Assembly: GCA_965112155.1 (NCBI GenBank)
Contig: OZ218109.1
Direction: 5' to 3' (one strand)
Length of the DNA: 64,000 nt
Source: Podarcis liolepis
Lineage: Eukaryota
Positions 53,240 through 64,000 of the stretch are shown here, in pieces (the first letter of the stretch is position 1; the number at the start of each line of letters is the position of its first letter). Below the pieces are notes generated by a model, which was given only the letters and a program-made list of their open reading frames with translations, was not told where the DNA came from and did not search any database. The position numbers were made by a program, and so were the translations under genes.

Positions 53240-54515
53240 CTTCTTCCAAGAGAAACATAAACAGCATCTCCATTTTGTCCTGTGTTTTTCTTTTTTTTTT
53301 GTTTTGCTTTACTTCCACGCAGGGCAGCATTACAATTCATTGGTTTTAAGGTAAGGAGGGGATGGACGAGAGATAGAGCTAACATCGAGAATAACGCTAT
53401 AGAATGCTTTGCTTGCAACAGTATCGGCATTTTAATAATATTAATAATATTAATATTAATAGACATTTATACATATTCTGTATTCATAGATATTTTTTTC
53501 TTTTTTAAAAAAATCTTCTCTTTGCACTACACGCTTGACCTTTTCAACGCATGTAACTTCACAGTATCAAGGAAACCAGGGGGGAAACTTTCACCTCCCT
53601 TGCTGTCTCCCACAGTCAAGTCAGGGGGAAAATTCATCTGGTGGTCCAATATACATAGAATAACACACCTCTCCGTGGACAAAGTCGTTTCTCCTCTCCA
53701 AAGCGGGGAGATTTCTTCCTTCCTTCCTTTCATGTGCTTGCCAAGCGTAACTAGCGGTAACCCAAAGGTATCCAAAGCAAAAACTACCTCAAGTCATTAC
53801 CTACAACCAGAAAGTGTAAGATTTTAGCCAATAAAGCAGACAAAGACTTTCCTCTCTCCTTTTGGGGGGGAGGGGGAGGAGGAGGGGGAAGAGGTCTCAT
53901 TTTCGTGGCAATTAAAAAAGTTGTAATATTAAATATGGATTTTTGGGTACGCGGGGGATTGGGCACAAACATATAAGTGCGCCAGCCTTGGCTCCTGACA
54001 CCATATTCTATAACCTGATTTTATCTGGATCGGCTAGACGCATGCTTCCTATTAAGCAGCGGCGTGGCCAGATTTTAATTATTCAAAACCATCCTCGGCT
54101 CAGATCCAAAACACCAGCTACCATTACAGTGGGGTGGGAAGTTGCCTTCAGTCTTATTTGGCTCAATTTTCTGAAAATGGAGTTTGGGAGAAGGGTGTTG
54201 AGAAGGGGGGGGACAATAGGCATCTAGGGTTCTGAAAACCATTCCCCCCCCCCCTCAGCGTCAGACTTTCCAGACCGGGCATTGACTGAGAGCAGCAGCG
54301 GACATGGATGGGGTAGTGTGCATTAGTTATGGCTTCATCCCAACGAAATCAATTACCAAGAGGCCATGGAGAGGCTGAGGATGTAATTGAAAGGCTCGGA
54401 CGCACACAGGTGCGAGTAGCTAGAGGCTTAGGGGGTGGGGAGGAGACCCGTGGGTGGGGGGGGGGGTGGAACCGTCCTAGCTGTTCAGACCATCAAGATG
54501 CGTGTCTAGGGTTCA

Positions 54516-54790
54516 TCAGGAGAAATTGAAGTTGGCTGTGAGCTCCCGGATTCGATTCTCCCTGTTCATTTTCTTCAGTTTCATCCTGCGGTTCTGAAAC
54601 CAGATTTTGACTTGTCTGTCTGTTAGGTGGACTGTGCGGCTGATCTCTAGGCGACGCTCACGAGTCAGGTACATGTTGAACAGAAACTCCTTTTCCAGCT
54701 CGAGAGTTTGGTGCTTGGTGTAAGGGCATCGCTTCTTCCTGCCACTTTTTGCGGTGAGCCAACTGGCTGCGTTCTCTCCTTTGGAATTGC
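54516..54790 (-). CDS. HOXA10: Hox-A10 coding exon 2 (homeodomain)
   Basis: Acceptor CTAG|. Encodes [91 protein letters not shown] then TGA. Read manually. Confidence 0.97.
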
Positions 54791-55309
54791 CTAGTTTTAA
54801 GGGGGGGAAATAAGGGGAAAAAAGGGAAGGTTACCAGAACGACACCAGGAAAACTTGGGCGGCGTAGCGGGGCTGGGCTGGGGGACGCTTCCGTACTTAG
54901 TACCGAATATAAATTTGAGAAGGGCACTCTGGCCTTCCTTCAGGGTTCGGGTCCCTCTTAAATTGGGAGCCCCAAAGGAGAGCGAGCATTGCAACACACT
55001 CCCTGACTTTGCCGCATCTCGCTGGTCTGAGAGACCGGATCGCTTTTGGAGTTGACACCGATGCGCACAAATGCCTTTGGCAGTGGCGTCTTGCAGGGTT
55101 TTGCCTCTGCTTCAGTCCTGGCCGTTTGTTCTCAAAACACTCGTTGCGAGACCGCCCCCTGCTCCCTCCCCTAAATCCAGATTATTTGGAAATGTGGTCG
55201 ACGCTGCCGAAGCGCTCGATTAAAAAAAGAAGAAGCCCTGGGTGGCTGTTTTTTTATTGGGGGGTGGGGTCGTTTTCGAATTGTTATGCCTAATATTTCT
55301 GGCGAATGA

Positions 55310-55425
55310 GGGCTGCAATCCCATCTAAACTACTCCGCACACCCTTCCATAGCATGTTCGCTCAGAAGTAAGTCCCACTGTGTTCAGTGCGGCTTACTCC
55401 CCGGTAAGCAGGTATAGGAATGTTG
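55310..55425. mobile_element. MITE-like palindromic repeat in the HOXA10 intron
   Basis: CTCAGAAGTAAGTCCCACTGTGTTCAGTGCGGCTTACTCCC; same family as the copy at 49031. Confidence 0.7.
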
Positions 55426-56616
55426 CGTTACTGAGAATCAAGCCCGTTCAATTCAGTGGTGCAGCAAACAAGCAAGCAAGCATAGGAACGGGCTGTGCGT
55501 TTCCAAATTCAAATTAAATCTAAACCGTTGGGCAGTTTAGCGCTGAGATGGTTCCTACAAGCACACAGTGATGATGTACGCTTTTTTTTTAAAAGCACAT
55601 ATGCATTTCTCTTTATTTTTTGGAAGTACATGTAGCTGGAGGTGGGATTGGGGCGGGAAACCCAACTCTCTCTGTGTGCATTTAGGTAACGATATGCATA
55701 TGCATATATGTGTGCGCACACGTAACATGCTTCATTGCATCCTGTTTCAGAATTGTGGGAGAAACAACAACGGTAAGCTTACCCTGCGGAGTTCCCGGTT
55801 TTATTTTCTTATCATTATTATTTTATTATTCCCTTTAATGGCATAATGAAATAGAAAATTCTTCTGCAAAAGCCACTCGCCATCCCCGCGCGTTGAAATG
55901 AATGACTGAGCACCGACCAGGAACTCTGGCATTCTTGTACAGCTCCCATTCATTCCAATGACCCTGCGTATATTTCAACACAGAAGCCTTGTGGCGCTCT
56001 GGAGAGCCTCTCGCAGCGCAGTCTCCAGCAGTCTAATTTGATAGTGCTTCGTAGAAGAGAATTTTAACCCAGCTGCCTTTTTTTTTTTTAAGGCATCCAG
56101 GATCGTAAACTAGAACTTAGCCTGTTAATGGGCTTATTTATTGGCGCTGGCCCCTTGCTTACTTTGGACGCTTTACAAACATCTATGTTATCTCTGCAGT
56201 CACCTCAGCATCACTTGAGGCGAGGAAATACAGAGCTGTATTTATCTCTTTTTCCTTTTCTTCCTATTTTGTCTCTTTTCAAGCCCTTTGCCTTTAGGAT
56301 TTTACCCATACTCAGCTTTTCTTTTCTTTTTGCATGGCTCATAAACTCGAAGGGGTGGATATATCAATATTTATTTATTTATTTATCTTTACAGCATCCC
56401 AGCGTCCAAATATGAATGGCAGCTCAGCTAAGCCGCTCTATGAATGGCCATTTTGGCCAGCGAAGTGGGCTTCCAGTATTCTGGGAGATTCTCACCCCCT
56501 TATCGCATCCCACCCCTCCTGGTTTTTGTGGCAACGGGGCCGGCTGCCGTGCGCGGGGGCGGGGGAGCTAGGCGGGTAGAGAGTAGTGCATTTATTTATT
56601 TTATTTTATTGCTTAC

Positions 56617-57580
56617 CTAGCGTTTCCTTCTCTGGAGAGGGCTTGCTGTTCTCTGAAGGAGCCGGGGAGAGTTCTTCGGGGGCCGAAGAGGAAGCTTGCC
56701 CTTCTTCCTCACCCCTTTGGGCCACGCAAGCCAAGGTGCTGGGTGGGGATGAATCCTCGCTGTCTTTCCTCCCCGGATCCGGCGGTGGGACTGCAGGAGT
56801 CAACGCTGGCGGAGTTTCAAAGCGCACTTGAGGTTGCGGGGCGAACTGGGAAGGAACCACCATCTGCCCCGGATGGTGCTGCTGCTGCTGCTGTTGGTGA
56901 TGATGTTGATGGTGGTGGTTGCTGTTGTTGCTGTAGCTGCTGCCATTGCTGCTGCCGCTGCTCTTGCTGGTGCCGTAGGCTTGAGACAAGCGGAAGTAGC
57001 CTGGGACGGGCACCCCGGCGGCTGTCACGTTGTTCATGGAGCAGACCTCCGAGCTCAGCCTTGGGAAAACGGACAAGTCGGTGGCCGCCGCCTCTTTGGT
57101 GCCCTTCTCGGCGTCATAGAGGCAGTAGGAGCTCTCCTCTTTGATGTTGGGAGCGAAGGAGCAGGAGGTCGCCTGCGGGCTCTCGTGCTCTTCCAGGCGG
57201 CAGGACCTGGGGGGATCTAACCAGACTTCCATCCCTGACATGTAGGCGTGAGAAGCCGGCGCCACGCTTGGAGAAGGGCCTTCATTGCGTTTGCTCAGGA
57301 CCGGGAAAAGCCCGTAGCTTTGCAGCCCATAGGACAGATCGGACGCCTGTGGCAGGTAGACACCGCTGTTGTTGGGATAGTAGCCGCCGCCTCCTCCGCC
57401 TCCTCCTCCTCCAACTCCTCCGCCGCCCCCGCCTCCGCCTCCTCCGCCTTCCCCTCTGCTTGAGGCTGAGCTGATCAAGGAGTCCACCAAAAAAGAGTTT
57501 GCAGCGGGGCTCTCCGAGCATGCCATGGCCGTGGTGGAATAATTTGGCGAAGAGAGCAGATAGCCCTTTCTGGCTGACAT
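56617..57580 (-). CDS. HOXA10: Homeobox protein Hox-A10, coding exon 1 (joined CDS 412 aa; second in-frame ATG at 57526)
   Basis: MSARKGYLL...MACSESPAANSFLVDSLIS...SCSFAPNIKEESSYCLY...VPVPGYFRLSQAY. Donor G|GTAAGC; 964 nt, phase 1. Confidence 0.96.
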
Positions 57581-58389
57581 TTCTTGTGCAAAACATGCTG
57601 GATATGATTAGAGATACCCCCGCGCCACGGCGAGTGCGTGCAGCCAATGGAATCCCAGCCCTCGCCAGCAACCCCTCCCCGTTTGGTTTCGTAGGCAATG
57701 AGCTGCTCTCAGGTCCACTGCTGAATTTTATATATGTGTGTGTGTGTGTATGTGTGTGTGTGTAATCGATGGTGCCACATAGCTGCCCTTGCCTAGGTAC
57801 CCGGGGTACAATTGATGTTGCCACATATAGGCTGTCTTTTGCCTGCGTGTGAGCAAAGGAGGGGGAAAGGCGCGCGTGGGCTCTCGCGCACACGGAGGAG
57901 AAAGGGGAGACAAACAATAGAAAACAATTTGCCCCGATTTTAATGCAACCCATAATTTAGCCAGGCTTCCTCTTTAAGTATATGCGCTAATATAAAATTG
58001 CAAAGGAGCATATTAAGCGTTCAGGTCGTAAAGCGAGCTGTAAGTGAACCTTTCAACATCCCAACTCCTCTCTCTCTTTCTGCCACCTCGCCACCAACAT
58101 TCCCCCCTCCTCCTTTTGCTCTCCCAATCCCATCTCATACAGCCCATGGCTGTGATGAAATTATTAAAACCTCAGTATTTATTGTCAAGCCCTGGGACAT
58201 GCTTTTGCTTACCTATTTTTAGTGGCGGTGATTATGGCATCACGGGCCACTGGAAGTTCTAAACCAATCTGACCTCCTCACTAGCACTGAAGGTTTACGG
58301 ACATCATAAAGTCACCCAGTGTCTCCTCAAGATGACAACGACACTAATGAAGAAAATTCTCAAGCCTGACTCCCATCTTTGAATATTGG

Positions 58390-58475
58390 CCTATACGTGT
58401 TTTACGCGGAAGCAAGTCCCACTGTGTTCAGTGTGGGATGGGTGGGTTTACTTTCAGCTAAGTGTACATATAGAA
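58390..58475. mobile_element. MITE-like repeat copy upstream of HOXA10
   Basis: AAGTCCCACTGTGTTCAGTG is shared with the copy at 55370. Confidence 0.6.
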
Positions 58476-61400
58476 ATACCGGCTCAGAAGTGAACCCCCG
58501 CCTGGCAGAGAGGCTGAGGAGCGCCACTGTGAAATATTCCTGTCTAGCGCCGCAGAAGCAACAGTAACAATATGAGCCCATCTTTGTTGACCCAGTAAGC
58601 AAGCATTGCATCGAAGTCTTCCGTATCTGGTCTTAAACTAACATGCGAAGCAGAAATATCTGGTGTGTCTTGTAGGGACGAGGATAGCAAAAAGGTCTCA
58701 CAGAACGTGGATGCGAGATATCCTCAGATTAACATTAAATTCTAATGGTTAGTGTTCGGAATTGTTTCTTTTCCCCCCAAGGGGGAGTATAATAATAATC
58801 GCACACCCACTATAGATTCAAAAGTGCGCCACAAGCAAATTATCTCAAAATATCCTCATTCTCAACCCATAAAAGGCTAAAAAGGACTGTCAGACAAAAC
58901 TGTGTAGCCAGTTCGTAATTGTGGTAGACAACTAGCAGACAAGAGAGTGAGCCCGTCAGACGGGGGCAGAGAGATAGATTTTTTAATTGGGGGGGGGGGG
59001 AGAGCGAAAGAATGGCTCCACTTCTCTCTCTGCCTCTCTGTCTCTCATGTTCTTGGCACGCGTTGTTTGGAAATAATAAAAACTTGAGAGAAATAACATC
59101 TCTTATTGTCCATGGAGTCTTTTAGAATTATTATTTTTTAAGAAAATAAAACAAATATTTGTTTAACTTTTTTTTTTTAGGTTACAAATCCCTGCGTTAA
59201 GTATCTCTTCTTCCAAACCGCCCCAGCTGGTAGGATTTAAATGATCGCCTGTCTCTGCTCCCAAGCGAGTAGGAATATTCTTTTGAACAATTCAATATTG
59301 TGCTGTAAATCTTCTGCTCGGTTCCGTTTTGGCACCCACTCCCTCGTCCATAAAGCCCTCAAAAGCGCTAAGAATGCCAAGGGAATCGGGAGGCAAAGGC
59401 GCTGCCTTATTTTCCTGACCAAGCCTTCGGTGTAGTGAGTGCAGCAGAGAGGGTGGCTTTCAGATATACCCTCTCTCTCTCTGGCACGGCTTACCCTTGG
59501 CTTTCATACAATGCAGGGCGAGTCCTGCAAAATGCTCATATGCCACTCCGCACATTTCCCCCTTTCCACGGAGGGCTGGGTAGGGTAGGGTTGATCTGCC
59601 AAGCCTCGCATGCCTAATAACGCCCTGGTTTTGCCTACAAAAGTGGGGAAATTCCCTCCCTTCCTTCTGGGATTCCCCTCCGCTCAGCTTCTAAAAGATT
59701 CAGAAGGCAGCAGGACACAGAACGCGAGTTTTCTCCTAGGCAAGTTAACGCGAAGGGGGCCTCCTGAGGTTTCTGGCTTGTCGGATGAGAAGCCTGGCAG
59801 AGATAGTTGCAACTTTGCCGGGCCCGTAAAATCTTTATGGAAAGGCAAGACGTCCTTCTTAAGCCACTTCCACCACTGCCATACCCATCACCCTCACCTA
59901 TCATCTCCTCTCCCAACAGCCAAGAATTGCACCCTGGGTTTTTCACTTCTGCTGGCTTCCAGCACAAGTTAAGCATGGAGGCAGAACAACCAGAGGCAGG
60001 GAGTCAGCAGCCTTCCCCACACCCTGGAGTAATATTGTCCGTGTTTCCCCAACTCGACTTAACTTACACTGTGTTAATGTGTGAGGAACAAGTTCTTATC
60101 AGATTCCTAGGAGGGCAATATGACTTCCAGCAAAATTAATGCCATATAAGGAGCACTTTTATGGGCTAGCACATTGGAAACGTATTATCAATGGGCTTAG
60201 AGTTGTAACAGCAGATCTCCGAGCAATGAAATGGGACCCGCGCGCACGGCCCACCTTCGCCTTTCCCAGGACTTGGTGGGGCTAAAATCAGGTACAGTAG
60301 ATCAAAACTTCGAGGAGGGGGAATCTCGTCCCTCTGTGCTGTGTGTTGATCCCCGCCTTCACCCCTCATCTGCCAGATCCAAAAGAAATGAAGCGCATGC
60401 CTTGAAAAATCTTGCTACTTATGCAACAACAACAACAACCGTCTACCTGGGGAAGGGTCCGTTGGCGAATAAAGGAAAGATACTACAAGTCTGTTTAAAA
60501 ATAATAATCACCCCCCCCCCCAGTTTAAATAAAAAGATTGCGAATCTATAGATCCCAATGGAAAGAATTCCCTTCCGCCATTCCTCTCTTTAAATAAGTG
60601 CTACAGTGAAGGTCGAGCCGATTCGTGAGTCTAGCGAAGGCGAAAAACCTGGAGATACGGGAATTCGCACCTCATAAGTGCACGGGCGACTGACCATTTC
60701 CCGTTTCAAAGAGGTCCAGGGGCATCCCGTGGGCCACTTTGGAGGTCAATTGGACCTTTGGTCGGATCCATCCCAGCAAGACTCGGTTTCTGCTCTTAAG
60801 ATTCAAGAGAAGACTCGAAGGGGAAACCGGCGGTCGAAACCAGAGGAGCGGGGCTAGGAAAATGGTTTGAAACCTCTTCTCTTTCAGGTTAGAACCGCTT
60901 GCAGCTGGACACACACACACACACACCCTCTGCAATCAAGGGTACTGTTGGTTCCTTTTCACTCAAAGTATAAGGCAATAAGGAAGCGGCCCCTCGTATC
61001 CAGGGCCCCCTTTTATGGTTGCGTTTGTGGGACCCAAAGCGTCTGGGCTTTGATGGTCAAGGCACCCAGGGCCGGATCCAAAGCCCGGGGAGGTCAATGG
61101 TAAAGAGAAGGCTAGCATTTGACTCGGGGAAGCTTTTGGACCGCGCGAGGAGGAGCTCGTGAACTCGGCTCTCGGCGCCTTTTTCTTTAATCGCTAACAA
61201 GGCCAAAAGCATCGTCAAAGCCAGTGAAGTAAAACTAATAATGTGCACTTGATTTTTAACTATAAAAGATAATGGTCAATTCTAGAGCAAACTAAACTAC
61301 TTTGGCGTGCATTGTGTGTAGCGGTAACATTTTAAACACTTAACAATGTGTCTCGGACATTAACCAGGACTTTATAGCATTTCTTGAGACTATTATGCAG

Positions 61401-64000
61401 GGCGCGCGGGGGGGGGGGGGAGAAGAGAAATGACTGCTTTTTCATTCTGCTCCTGCCAACAAACTCGTCTGGGAGATTGGGAAGTGGGTGGGTGGAGGGT
61501 TGGCGGGTTAAGCACCAGCAAACAACCAGCCAGCTCTACAACCAGGTTGCGCTGGAACATGTGGGTCGGCAAAGCCTAGCGTCTCCTTAGTTGAGTTATG
61601 GAATGGACCGAAGACTCTCAGAAGCCACCCAAAGGGCTGGTAGTTTGAGGTGAGGGGTGGGGAGACGAGCTTTTGTACTCTGCGGAGACACAGATATCCT
61701 ATTAATTTTTTAAACAACAACAACAACAACACCACAGTTATTGGTCCAAGAGAAATATAATGGCTGCATTAGTACAGTCGTTAGGCTGTTTTATGAGTTT
61801 GAACTGAAAATTAAAAAAGACTGGAAGGGCTAAGGAAGACACAATAACTTAAGCCAAGTTAGATCGAAGGAGGGATTCCCCCCCCCCCACTTTCTGTCTC
61901 TCTTCCTTTAAAATCCCACTCGCTGAAGAGAATGATTTATCCACTCCTTATTTCCAGGAGGAACTAAAAAGGTACAACATTGTTAAGAAAGGGATGCTAT
62001 TTTGTATGCTAATTAAAACGGGCTTTATATTTCTGACATGGGTAAATTGAGGTTTTGCGGGAAAGGGGCTGGCGGTGGCGGGGGGGGGGTGCGCGGAGAG
62101 GAAGGAAAAAGTGTAAAAGCTATCTTGGGAGTCGGAAGGCTGCCTGCCTTTAAATATATAGCCGCAGATTGCATTTTGTAAATCTCCACCCAAATTAATA
62201 CAATCAGTGCGCACTTATTTAATATTAAAAGTGTCAGTTGTCAAGAATGTGACTGTGTGCCAAGGCAGTTTTCCCTCTGGAAAAATTTCCAAACAGGCGG
62301 CTTTCCATCAGGCGTTTTAAGAACTGCATCTCTGCGCCAAGAAAAGGTGTCAAACGACTACCGAAGTAATTTTTTATCTTCGCTTCGAAATTCTTTCAGG
62401 TTAAAAGGAGGGGGGAAGGGGGGAGAGGGCCTGAAGGGTAAAGAGTGAGCGACGGTCGGGTTTGGGAGATTTATTTCCTTTAAAATTTGGACTTCGTTTG
62501 CACCTTAAGCCCATTTTTTTCCCTGGCAGCTGGGATTCTGGTCTGGCTGAAATTCTGCTCACCGGTTTGCTGGTGACTACCTTCCTTCTTCTCTCTGATA
62601 GGGATGGGATTTATGTGCGGGCAACCGAGCGCAGGATCGCAGCCTGGCACCCCAGTGTTAAACGCGTCGGTCGGGAAGGAAGTCCTGCTGGTTTCAATAG
62701 CACATCCTTCCGCGCGAGAGTGGCTGGGACCACAGACGTATATGAATGCGTGTTTACTTGGACGTAAATTCAGTTGAAGTCAAGGGCATCTCTCCCAAAT
62801 TAACGTCTCCTAAGGAATGGGAGCAGAGCACAAGTCTTTTCAGGTCTCAGTGGGGCTCACATTCAAAATAAGGCCATTACAAGGCCTAAATTAGAGGATC
62901 CCGGAGCATAAGAAAGTTATTTAATACTACAGTTCTGCGCACACTTAACCTGAGACTTGAAGCCCTATTGAATTTAATGTTGGACTCACTTCTGGGTTTG
63001 CAAGCCTAGCTCCAGGCTAGCAGACACGTATCTAGCATTTTGTGTCGTAGACTCCCGTCTGGTTCTAGTAGCCCATTATGTTGTGCACATAGCAACGAAA
63101 TTTGGAGAGAGTGCATTGATCTGACTCCAGCAAAGTTGGATTTCTCCCTTCGAATAATTTAGGCTAGGCAATAATATGTTGAAGTCAAAGCGAGGCGCAT
63201 GTCTGAACCTATGCTTCTTTTCTTTTCAACGTGAGTTTGGCACTCTATTTCAAACTACGAGGCAGCAGCTGTTCGCGGAGGGATATCTATTTGCATTTCT
63301 AAGTTACAACGTAAAATTATAATATAAAATTATATTGAAGCTCGGCCATGGTTCGTTCTCAGAGGCATTTCCTTTGCACAGATTTGGGGTGGGATGGGGA
63401 ATACACGATATCCGAAGGAGACGTCGAAGTGGAAGACGCCTCTTTAAAGACCCTTAGGCGTGCTTGTGTGCGAGAAAGCAATCGCAGCATTTTATAAACG
63501 TAGAGTCATTTTCACCCTCTTCCCCCAAGCACACTATCCCAGCTTATTAGATATCGAAGCGGGTGGGGAAGAGTGAATATAAGGAATCAGCTACAAGGAA
63601 GGTTGCTTTCTGACCTAGATCTACAGCAAACTTAATTTTACCACCAGAGGATATCTAGAGACTAACCACTGTGGAAACCTGTTTATTATTTATATTTTTG
63701 GATGAAATGAAAGAAAGAGAAGCAACCAAAACTAAAAAAAGTATGCTTCTGAATACACGTATTTATTCATTTTTGCTGGTTTCTTTTTCTTTCTTCTTGT
63801 TGTTGTTAAAATGAAGGGGAAAACCTCTCATTTGAGTTTGCTATGCTTAAATTTTTATCATTTTATGTGGACACCATGCTACTACTACAGAAGCACGAGG
63901 TAACTGGTGACGTGATCTGCTAATGAGACCTAAGAAATTGATTAAATAAAAGCAAGAAAGTTGTTGGGCTAAACGTTTCCCTCCTATTAATCGGTTGCCT

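Noticed and set aside
53783-53791. ACTACCTCA let-7/miR-196-like seed match in the HOXA10 3'UTR region
   Set aside because: It is on the plus strand, antisense to HOXA10 mRNA. It would matter only for an unproven antisense transcript.
58000-64000. Alternative upstream HOXA10 exon (MCQG type) or the HOXA11 3' end
   Set aside because: No matching minus-strand sequence was found; it probably lies beyond the window.

Overview
This window is the central part of a vertebrate HoxA cluster, transcribed on the minus strand. It holds HOXA4, HOXA5, HOXA6, HOXA7, HOXA9 and HOXA10, each with two coding exons that splice in phase 1, plus the mir-196 hairpin between HOXA9 and HOXA10. There is no paralog-8 gene and no mir-10, as expected for HoxA. 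The source is most likely a squamate reptile (lizard); this is inferred from many short palindromic MITE-like repeats, a Penelope-like fragment inside the cluster and long homopolymeric amino-acid tracts. Recognisable regulatory elements are two DR5 RAREs flanking HOXA4, intronic homeodomain-site clusters, three candidate CTCF boundary motifs, miR-196 target sites and the exact 173-nt HOXA9T cryptic intron. The most interesting observations are: a chained uORF leader on HOXA7 and uORFs on HOXA6, HOXA9 and HOXA10; an N>S change in the HOXA10 ANWL motif; HOXB6-like residues in HOXA6; a seed-mismatched miR-196-like site in the HOXA5 3'UTR; a possible ~30-kb spliced non-coding leader running toward HOXA3; and six N-blocks that seem to hide conserved elements rather than mark ordinary gaps. 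I found no wholly new gene system. Comparisons with human or mouse are from memory and need alignment to confirm.
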